Of a DNA stretch of 24,000 nt, positions 7,903 through 14,571 are shown in pieces; positions within the stretch are counted from its first letter, which is position 1; every line of letters starts with the position of its first letter. The DNA is from Desulfurococcales archaeon (GTDB lineage: Archaea; Thermoproteota; Thermoprotei_A; Sulfolobales; NBVN01), in the NCBI GenBank assembly GCA_015521325.1, contig WAOK01000023.1, forward strand, positions 4,438-28,437. The letters run 5' to 3'. The position numbers were made by a program, and so were the translations under genes. Below the pieces are notes generated by a model. The model ran no database searches. It was not told the DNA's origin and saw only the letters and a program-made list of their open reading frames with translations.

Positions 7903-8443
7903 CGCTTGCGCCGGGATCTATCTCTGCCTCCTCGGTATATCTTACTTCCTTAACATCCGCACCCTTCTGCACTATGACCTCCCTCCCCTCAACGACCCTG
8001 ACCTTACTCTCCTTACCAACCTTAACGAGGTCTCCGTAGAGCTCGTCCGCCTGAACCCTCTTCTCCGTCTCGATCACCCTAGCTATCACCCTCCCCTTGA
8101 CCCTGGTTGAGTGCCGAAGCCTCACCCTCTGGGCCGTCAGCTCCGTGAATTTAGCGTTACCCGATATCTCGGCCTCACCGGCCTCCACTACCCCTCCCCG
8201 GAGCACTCCACTCACTTGGAGTTCCTCTGTCCTGACGCTCCCACCCACCTCCAACCTGCCCGAGATTGACAGTCTCCTCGCCACGACGTCGCCGTCCACC
8301 GTGCCTGTTCCACTGATTTCTATCTCGTCGGCCTCCATGTCTCCCTCAACCTTCACTGAGCCGCCAAGCCTGATCTTCTCTGCCTTCAGCCCTCCCTTGA
8401 ATTTAGCGTTCCCGCTTATGTCCGCTTCTTTGAGGTCGGGCAA
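7856..8443 (-). CDS. Bactofilin-like polymer-forming cytoskeletal protein
   Basis: Repeated beta-helix windings: ISGNAKFKGGLKAEKIRLGGSVKVEGDMEADEIEISGTGTVDGDVVARRLSISGRLEVGGSVRTEELQVSGVLRG..AEISGNAKF. TTG start. Confidence 0.75.
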   Translation of the reverse strand: MPDLKEADISGNAKFKGGLKAEKIRLGGSVKVEGDMEADEIEISGTGTVDGDVVARRLSISGRLEVGGSVRTEELQVSGVLRGGVVEAGEAEISGNAKFTELTAQRVRLRHSTRVKGRVIARVIETEKRVQADELYGDLVKVGKESKVRVVEGREVIVQKGADVKEVRYTEEAEIDPGASVGRAVRVAKLTREPG

Positions 8444-8573
8444 GTAATCCCCATCTTCATTTTCTGGAGTGGGGAATAACTCTTTGGTTCATGATCTTTG
8501 TGTATAGAAAGGGATCACAATAATTATAGATAACTGGCGGGGGAAGACTTAATACAAATGTGGAGGAAAGTAT

Positions 8574-8927
8574 TTGGTGTCATTGATGGGTAACGGAGGC
8601 GCTGTGGCAGCGCTTACACTCATCTTCGTGGGCGCGATGATACTGCTCTCCCTCATGGGCTACCTGGACGCCTTCACGGCGCTGACGGCGGTCATAGTAT
8701 TTGTCGGCGTGGTTATAGGTGCTACGTCGCCTCCTAGTGAGCTCGGCTACCGACTCTTCTGGGCCGGTAACATCGTCTCGTTCGCCGTAGCCATCATGGC
8801 CGCGTACTATGCCCCACCTGGGTGGGGCCTGCTCCAGCGTTTTGAGGCGTGGCTCGCGGTGATGCTGATAGGTTCCGGTGTAACGTACTTGATCGTGAGG
8901 CATGTTCTGAAGCTGAAGCTCTACTGA
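8574..8927 (+). CDS. Small integral membrane protein (about 4 TM), unknown function
   Basis: Hydrophobic segments run throughout. A GGAGG Shine-Dalgarno-like box at 8562-8566 sits 7 nt before the TTG at 8574, and a T6 run follows the stop. Confidence 0.5.
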   Translation: MVSLMGNGGAVAALTLIFVGAMILLSLMGYLDAFTALTAVIVFVGVVIGATSPPSELGYRLFWAGNIVSFAVAIMAAYYAPPGWGLLQRFEAWLAVMLIGSGVTYLIVRHVLKLKLY

Positions 8928-8935
8928 ACAGAAGG

Positions 8936-8941
8936 TTTTTT
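8936..8941 (+). terminator. T6 run downstream of the membrane-protein gene (possibly a leaky archaeal terminator)
   Basis: TTTTTT lies 9 nt after the stop codon. Confidence 0.3.
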
Positions 8942-8975
8942 CTCCCCGACCCGGATAGTAGTCGGTGTTTGTATC

Positions 8976-9461
8976 TTGGGTAAAGAGCTGGGGCTTCTGG
9001 AGAAGCTCGAGATGATCATACCCGGTTTCAGGGGTTACAAGAAGAAGGAGCTGATCAGAGAGGATGACTTACTCATAAGGAGGTACATCTACAACGAGAT
9101 AAGCAAGCTCAAAGACAGGATCCGTAAACTCCAGTTGAGGGCCCTCGACGGCAGGTACGGAGGCCCCCTCACACTCCTCGACAGGATATGGAAAGCGCTC
9201 GACCTCGCCGGATCAAAGATAAAGAACGCCCCGGCCGGGTATGCAGGGCTCTTCGACAGAGTGAAGGTTAGGGAGAGAGAGCTCGAGATGCTTAAGGAGG
9301 TCGACTCAAGGATCGCTGCCAGGGTCCTGGAGCTGAACGAGCTCATAGGTAAGGTGGAGCAGGACCCGTCACTGCTAGAGGACTTCTACTTCAAGGTCGA
9401 GGACCTCGTCAACGCTATCGAGGACAGGAACAACCTATTTAAGGCTGAGGCACCCACTTAA
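8976..9461 (+). CDS. Coiled-coil protein of unknown function with a short N-terminal amphipathic segment
   Basis: MGKELGLLEKLEMII is followed by long heptad-like helical stretches (KKKELIREDDLLIRRYIYNEISKLKDRIRKLQLRAL; RERELEMLKEVDSRIAARVLELNELIGKVEQ). TTG start. The gene ends 10 nt before the SPFH gene, which is preceded by an AGGGGUG SD-like sequence. Confidence 0.5.
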   Translation: MGKELGLLEKLEMIIPGFRGYKKKELIREDDLLIRRYIYNEISKLKDRIRKLQLRALDGRYGGPLTLLDRIWKALDLAGSKIKNAPAGYAGLFDRVKVRERELEMLKEVDSRIAARVLELNELIGKVEQDPSLLEDFYFKVEDLVNAIEDRNNLFKAEAPT

Positions 9462-9471
9462 GCCGTAAGGG

Positions 9472-10497
9472 GTGGTGTTCTTGCCTAAAGTAATCGAGTG
9501 GCCCAACCCGGGCCCAGACGACATCGTTTGGAAGTATCCGAGCGAGGACATCGAGTGGGGCTCGGTTCTCATAGTGCATGAGTGGGAGGCTGCGGTCTTC
9601 TACAGAGACGGCAAGGTATACGATGTCTTCCGTGCCGGGAGGCACGTCCTCACAACCCTTAACCTCCCCCTCCTCGGTAAGGCCCTCGCCGCGATAGGGT
9701 ACGGAGGTAACCAGCCGTTCAAGGCAACCATAGTGTTTGTCTCGCTGAGGCAGCACAGAGGGATGTTCGGCGGGAGAACCCAGACCACAGAGATGGCGCC
9801 CCTAAAGTTCCACGGCTCCTTCTACTTCAGGATAGCTGACCCAGCGGTGTTCGTCAACGAGGTAGTTGGCGGGCAGTCACTCTACACCACGGACGAGGTC
9901 AACAAGTACGTCAGGGGTTACCTCAACGAGCTACTCATGAAGTACCTCGCAGGCTACAGCATAGTCGACGTGTTCCTAAACCTGGACAAGGTATCGACGG
10001 AGGTCAAGCTGAGGGTCATGGAGGACTTCAAGAGGCTTGGTATGGAGCTCATAGACCTGAAGTTCGAGGGCGTTGACACAACGCCGGAGTGGAGGGAGAA
10101 GATCTTCTGGATAAGGCAGACAGGCCAGGCAGCGATGGTGCTCCAGATGGAGACAGTGAAGCAGGTCGCTAAGGAACTCGGAAAGTCCCCAGGCGCTGCG
10201 ATGGGTACGGGCATGGTGATGGTGCCCCCACTCCTCTACGGCCCGTATGGATACCCGCCCCCGCCTCAGCAGCAGGCCCAAGCACAGCCACAGACGCAGC
10301 CAGCGGCCGCCCCCGCTACAGCCGCTCCTCAGAGACCGCAACAGAAGTTCTTCTGCCCGTACTGCGGTGCCGAGGTACCTCAGGGGGCTAAGTTCTGCCC
10401 AAACTGTGGAAAGAGGCTGAAGTGGTGCCCGAACGGCCACCTCGTGCCGTACGAGGCTAAGGTGTGTCCGTTCTGTGGTTATAAGTTTCCGGAGTGA
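9472..10497 (+). CDS. SPFH-domain protein of the YdjI/COG4260 ('virion core protein-like') type with a C-terminal double zinc ribbon
   Basis: N-terminal signature VIEWPNPGPDDIVWKYP..GSVLIVHEWEAAVFYRDGKVYDVFRAGRHVLTTLNLPLL. A P/Q-rich linker follows. Then CPYCGAEVPQGAKFCPNCG...CPNGH...CPFCG. Confidence 0.8.
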   Translation: MVFLPKVIEWPNPGPDDIVWKYPSEDIEWGSVLIVHEWEAAVFYRDGKVYDVFRAGRHVLTTLNLPLLGKALAAIGYGGNQPFKATIVFVSLRQHRGMFGGRTQTTEMAPLKFHGSFYFRIADPAVFVNEVVGGQSLYTTDEVNKYVRGYLNELLMKYLAGYSIVDVFLNLDKVSTEVKLRVMEDFKRLGMELIDLKFEGVDTTPEWREKIFWIRQTGQAAMVLQMETVKQVAKELGKSPGAAMGTGMVMVPPLLYGPYGYPPPPQQQAQAQPQTQPAAAPATAAPQRPQQKFFCPYCGAEVPQGAKFCPNCGKRLKWCPNGHLVPYEAKVCPFCGYKFPE

Positions 10498-10634
10498 GGA
10501 ATTTCTTTTTGCTTTATTGGGTCACAAACCTTTATTTTAACGCTGTTATATGGTCTTTTTAGAGGTGTCTAGCCACGGCAGTCCCGAAGGAGAACGTCAA
10601 GACCCCATTACCAGCTTGGAAAGGACCGCTTAAG

Positions 10635-12404
10635 GTGTCCTCCTACGACCCCGTCCGCCGCATTGTGAGGATTGCCGACAGGGAGATCAAGGTTGGGGGC
10701 CCGCTCCCCAAGCCGAGGAAGGGAGAGAGGCTTCATAGGGTCACTCAGTCCATATGCCCGTATTGCTATCGCCTCCTTCCTGCGATCATCGTTGAGAGAG
10801 ATGGAAAACTCTACATTAGGAAGGTCTGCCCTGAGCACGGCGAGATAGAGGAGCTCTACCAAGGATCCTCAGAGTTCGCCAGGAGAATAGAGAAGTGGTA
10901 TATTGAGGGCAGAGGCCCAAGGTACGTCTACACCGAGCTCACGGCCCCGTGTCCGTACTCCTGTGGTTTCTGCCCCCTCCACAAGAACCACACCGCCCTA
11001 GCCAACCTCGTACTCACTAATAGGTGCGACCTGGACTGCTGGTACTGCTTCTTCTTCGCCGAAAAACTCGGCTTTGTTTACGAGCCGACCATAGAGCAGA
11101 TAAGGTTCATGGTCCAGCAGTACCTGAAGCAGGGCGTTACCCCGGTCATACAGCTCACGGGGGGCGAGCCAACCCTCAGGGAGGACATCGTGGACATTGT
11201 GAAGATGCTTAGGGAGATGGGAGTCAAGCACATCCAGCTCAACACGCACGGCATCAAGTTCACGAAACTATACCTGTTCGAGGGCGAGGAGAAGGCAGTG
11301 GCCTTCGCTAAGGCGCTTAGGGAGGCGGGCGTGAACACGGTGTACATGTCCTTCGACGGCATCTCACCCAAGGCTAACCCGAAGAACCACTGGGAGGTAC
11401 CGTTCACCTTCCACGTTTTCCGGAAGGCCGGGATGACGTCAGTAGTTCTCGTGCCGACCGTGATCAAGGGGGTTAACACACACGAGCTCGGAGACATCAT
11501 AAGGTTCGCCGCAATGAACATGGACATCGTCAGGGGGGTGAACTTCCAGCCCGTATCCCTGACGGGCATGATCAAGAGGGCTGAGAGGGAGAAACTGAGG
11601 GTCACGATGTACGACGTCATCAAGAAGATAGAGGAGCAGACGGACGGGCAGATAACGGACAAGGACTGGTTCCCTGTTCCCGCCACCGTATCGATATCTG
11701 AGTTCGCTGAGGCCCTGGCGGGAGGCTTCAAGTTCGAGATGGCGAACCACCCAGAGTGCGGTGTCGCCACTTACGTCTACGTGAGGAGGGTTAACGGAGA
11801 CTTCGAGTTCATACCCATAACGAGGATGATCGATATTGAGGGCTTCCTCAACTACCTCCTCGAGAAGGCTGAGGAGCTGAAGAATAAGAGGAGTAAGTTC
11901 ATTGTAGGCACCAAGATCTTGTTCAACCTGATAGGGAAGTACATCAAGTGGTCTGAGGTGCCCGGTGAGCTGAAGAGGAAGCTCCCGAAGATGCTGGTGG
12001 AGATATTCACTAAGCAGTCCTACGACGCCCTGGGTGAGTGGCACTATAACTTCCTCTTCCTGGGCATGATGCACTTCATGGATCTCTACAACTACGACGT
12101 CGAGAGGGTGATGAGGTGCAACATCTCATACCTAATGCCTGACGGCAGGATAGTGCCGTTCTGTACATTCAACGTACTCAACGACCTATACAGGGACTAC
12201 GTGCAGAAGAAGTACATGTTCACGCTCGAGGAGTGGAAGAAGATGAAGGGAGAGAACACAGTCGGCGAGGCCGTAAAGTACAGGAGGAACCTCCAGCTCA
12301 TAAAGAGGCTGACGAGTGACCCGATATACATCAACGCCTATAAGCCGTTCCTCCACAGGTGGGCAAAACTCTACCCATGGATAAAGCTAGACGGGGAGAA
12401 CTGA
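10635..12404 (+). CDS. tes: Radical SAM enzyme, tetraether lipid synthase (Tes / GDGT-MAS)-like
   Basis: N-terminal CPYC...CPEHG zinc knuckle. Radical SAM motif CDLDCWYC (Cys codons at 11025, 11037, 11046). C-terminal MHFMDLYNYDVERVMRCNISYLMPDGRIVPFCTFN motif typical of this family. The GTG at 10635 is the only canonical start after the in-frame stop at 10560-10562. Confidence 0.65.
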   Translation: MSSYDPVRRIVRIADREIKVGGPLPKPRKGERLHRVTQSICPYCYRLLPAIIVERDGKLYIRKVCPEHGEIEELYQGSSEFARRIEKWYIEGRGPRYVYTELTAPCPYSCGFCPLHKNHTALANLVLTNRCDLDCWYCFFFAEKLGFVYEPTIEQIRFMVQQYLKQGVTPVIQLTGGEPTLREDIVDIVKMLREMGVKHIQLNTHGIKFTKLYLFEGEEKAVAFAKALREAGVNTVYMSFDGISPKANPKNHWEVPFTFHVFRKAGMTSVVLVPTVIKGVNTHELGDIIRFAAMNMDIVRGVNFQPVSLTGMIKRAEREKLRVTMYDVIKKIEEQTDGQITDKDWFPVPATVSISEFAEALAGGFKFEMANHPECGVATYVYVRRVNGDFEFIPITRMIDIEGFLNYLLEKAEELKNKRSKFIVGTKILFNLIGKYIKWSEVPGELKRKLPKMLVEIFTKQSYDALGEWHYNFLFLGMMHFMDLYNYDVERVMRCNISYLMPDGRIVPFCTFNVLNDLYRDYVQKKYMFTLEEWKKMKGENTVGEAVKYRRNLQLIKRLTSDPIYINAYKPFLHRWAKLYPWIKLDGEN

Positions 12405-12434
12405 CCGGTTTTTGTTCTTTATACCGATTAAAAA
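12405..12434. terminator. Bidirectional T-run terminator region between the convergent tes-like and GGR genes
   Basis: TTTTTGTTCTTT on the plus strand (12409-12420), and TTTTT on the minus strand immediately after the GGR stop (12430-12434). Confidence 0.4.
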
Positions 12435-13787
12435 TCATAGAACCCTAGCCTTGAACTCCTCATATATCTTGTCCCTCTTAAGGGCCCACTCCCTCAGGCC
12501 CTCGGGCGTCTCTGGGTAGCGAAGGTAGTGGTTCTTTATCTCCTTCATGTAGTCGGAGAGCGCCTTAAGCCTGCTCATGAACGCAGGCCTCCTTATGGCG
12601 GCCATCATCAGCCTCAGAGCCCTCGCAACTATCTTCTCCTCTAGGTCACCGGATGTAGCCATGATGTTTATGTCTTCAGCATCAACCACCCTCTTCCTCA
12701 TAACCCACTCGAGATCCTCCTCGCTCATCCTCTGGAGGAACATCCTGAGGAAGTCAAGCGATGCCTGCTTAGCGCCGTACGCCTCCATATAGCACTTATT
12801 CGCTCCCCATAGGGATGCGTTATCCACATTGCCGCCCGCAGCCGCTATCGCCTCCGCTACGCACTTAGCGGAGATCATTGCCGTGCCCTTACCGCCGCCG
12901 TGCACGGGGTTCACCGTATATGCGGCGTCACCTATCGCCGCTATCCCATTCCATACTAGCGTATCGAGCGGCCTCCTAGTCGGCACCGCAGCCCCGCCTG
13001 ACTCAATGATTGCCGAGTCACTGAACTCCGGCCTTATGAGGATCTTCTCGTAGAGTAGGTTCCTCGGGAGTGGGTAGCCCATACCGCCCTGCACACCGAG
13101 CCCCACATTCACGACACCTTCTTTGAGGGAGTAGGGGAAGAACCACCAGTAACCGCCGGGTGCCTTGCTGGGGCTCAGGTATATCCTCAGTACCTCCGGC
13201 TCCTCTATCTCAGCCCTCAGCTTCCTTATCTCTCTGTAAGCTACGTTGAGGTCCTTAGGGTCTATTGGGTCCTTTATCGGCCAATCGTCCGGAAGCGACC
13301 TGAGTATGGCCCTCGACATCCCGGTAGCGTCTATGAGTACGTCGGCAGCAACCTCCCACTCACCCCTCTCCCTTGACCAGAGAATCGCCCCACGGAGGAC
13401 ACCTTCTTTTATTATCGCTTTCCTCACCTGCGTCTTATCGAGGTACTCAGCGCCGGCGTCCTTTGCGTCGTTTATGAGTCTCTGTGTGAAGACCACTCTA
13501 TTGACCTCGTAGCCGTCGCCAGCGACCCTGTACCTGACCTCCTCACTGGGTGATATGATGTCTATGGCCTTCACGATCCCCTCGAGCTCCTCTCCGGAGG
13601 GCTCCCTTATCCCGACGTTCTCGAAATGGTGCTTAGCCATGGCATCACCGCACGGCTTATCCCCCGCCCTCTCGAAGGGCTTGACATCGACGAGTAATGT
13701 TTTGAGGCCTCTCCTCGCAAGGAAGTACGCGGCCGTCGCGCCGGCGACGCCGGCACCGGCTATCACGACATCATATCTCTCGGGCAA
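12435..13787 (-). CDS. Geranylgeranyl reductase family (digeranylgeranylglycerophospholipid reductase)
   Basis: FAD fold YDVVIAGAGVAGATAAYFLARRG, the DKPCGDA motif, and IGDAAYTVNPVHGGGKG. The 450-aa length is typical of crenarchaeal GGR. TTG start. Confidence 0.8.
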   Translation of the reverse strand: MPERYDVVIAGAGVAGATAAYFLARRGLKTLLVDVKPFERAGDKPCGDAMAKHHFENVGIREPSGEELEGIVKAIDIISPSEEVRYRVAGDGYEVNRVVFTQRLINDAKDAGAEYLDKTQVRKAIIKEGVLRGAILWSRERGEWEVAADVLIDATGMSRAILRSLPDDWPIKDPIDPKDLNVAYREIRKLRAEIEEPEVLRIYLSPSKAPGGYWWFFPYSLKEGVVNVGLGVQGGMGYPLPRNLLYEKILIRPEFSDSAIIESGGAAVPTRRPLDTLVWNGIAAIGDAAYTVNPVHGGGKGTAMISAKCVAEAIAAAGGNVDNASLWGANKCYMEAYGAKQASLDFLRMFLQRMSEEDLEWVMRKRVVDAEDINIMATSGDLEEKIVARALRLMMAAIRRPAFMSRLKALSDYMKEIKNHYLRYPETPEGLREWALKRDKIYEEFKARVL

Positions 13788-13859
13788 GGCGCTGACCCTG
13801 GTGATGTTCTCCTGGACAGGTTATTATGTGGTTACCCACCATCATGGGTGGTGGTAAGG

Positions 13860-14105
13860 ATGAGCGTGTTCAGGGAGGGCTTCGACGGCGAGCTCGTGAT
13901 CGTACCCAGCGGTGACCCGGACACGGTCTGTAAGGACGCACTCCAGAAGTTTCTTGAGATGGCCGCTAAGGGCGCTAAGAGAGTGAAGATAGTCGTTAAG
14001 ACAGACAAGGGGCCCGAGGCCTGGGTTCCGTACGTTAAGTGCATAATAGAGCAGAACCTGAGGGTCTCGATAGAGGTAGTGACTGAGGGTGACCTAAGAG
14101 ATTGA
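13860..14105 (+). CDS. Small hypothetical protein (81 aa)
   Basis: Host-like codon usage on the plus strand, whereas the overlapping minus-strand ORFs are S/T/P-rich junk. A TATA-like TTATTAT (13825-13831) sits about 30 nt upstream of the ATG at 13860. The stop overlaps the TTG start of the next gene (TTGA). Confidence 0.45.
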   Translation: MSVFREGFDGELVIVPSGDPDTVCKDALQKFLEMAAKGAKRVKIVVKTDKGPEAWVPYVKCIIEQNLRVSIEVVTEGDLRD

Positions 14106-14467
14106 GTAGGGCCCTCTCCACGAGGCTTTGCGAGGTATGCGAGGTCAGGCCCGCCATAGCGAGGTGCAGGATCTGCGGTAGGTGGGTCTGCAGCAAGCAC
14201 GTAGGTAAGGACGGTGTCTGCTCCGTCTGCCGTGACCTAATGTGCCAGGTCTGTGGGAGGAAGCTCGCAGTTGATGCGTGCGTTGTTTGCGGGAGGCTCG
14301 TCTGCCGAGAGGACTCGGTCGAGCTCCAGCCTGGAATAAGGGTGTGCAGGTTCTGCTGGGCACGCCTCGACTCGATAATCGAGGAGAACCCCGAGTTCTC
14401 GTACCTTAGGAGGTACCTCCAAGGGCGTCGGGCTGGTCTAGGCACATCACAGGGTCAGCGCCGGTAA
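14102..14467 (+). CDS. Cysteine-rich protein with two tandem cross-brace (two-zinc) fingers
   Basis: Module 1 is CEVC-x8-CRIC-x4-C-x2-H-x6-CSVC. Module 2 is CQVC-x8-CVVC-x4-C-x13-CRFC. In total 14 Cys and 1 His in regular spacing. Confidence 0.6.
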   Translation: MSRALSTRLCEVCEVRPAIARCRICGRWVCSKHVGKDGVCSVCRDLMCQVCGRKLAVDACVVCGRLVCREDSVELQPGIRVCRFCWARLDSIIEENPEFSYLRRYLQGRRAGLGTSQGQRR

Positions 14468-14490
14468 ATCCTCCTCATCCGCCGAGGATT
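14467..14490 (+). terminator. Hairpin immediately after the zinc-finger ORF stop
   Basis: AATCCTC (14467-14473) pairs with GAGGATT (14484-14490), giving a 7-bp stem and a 10-nt loop. It may be a 3'-end structure. Its 3' arm overlaps the ATTAATT TATA-like box of the sRNA. Confidence 0.3.
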
Positions 14491-14518
14491 AATTCCTCCT
14501 TAAGTAGTTTAAGGGTTG

Positions 14519-14571
14519 GTTGATGAAGAAGAGCCGAGCTGAGCAGTGATGAGGTCTATCCTCGTCTGACG
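14519..14571 (+). ncRNA. Box C/D sRNA (2'-O-methylation guide)
   Basis: C box UGAUGA 14521-14526. 12-nt spacer AGAAGAGCCGAG. D' box CUGA 14539-14542. 4-nt linker GCAG. C' box UGAUGA 14547-14552. 13-nt spacer GGUCUAUCCUCGU. D box CUGA 14566-14569. A TATA-like ATTAATT at 14488-14494 lies about 27 nt upstream. Confidence 0.75.

Noticed and set aside
10255-10345. A CAG/CCN-rich low-complexity DNA stretch.
   Set aside because: It encodes the P/Q/A-rich linker between the SPFH domain and the zinc ribbons of one continuous ORF. It is not a repeat element or a CRISPR-like array.
10498-10634. The 137-nt spacer upstream of the tes-like gene, considered as a possible small RNA or small ORF locus.
   Set aside because: It is AT-rich with T-runs and TATA-like boxes typical of a terminator plus promoter. 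It has no box motifs, no convincing hairpins and no start codon in the open frame. It is retained only as a possible long leader under the Tes/GGR finding.
14129-14146. Tandem direct repeat: TGCGAGGTA followed by TGCGAGGTC.
   Set aside because: It simply encodes the C-E-V-C-E-V start of the first zinc-finger module and has no independent repeat structure.
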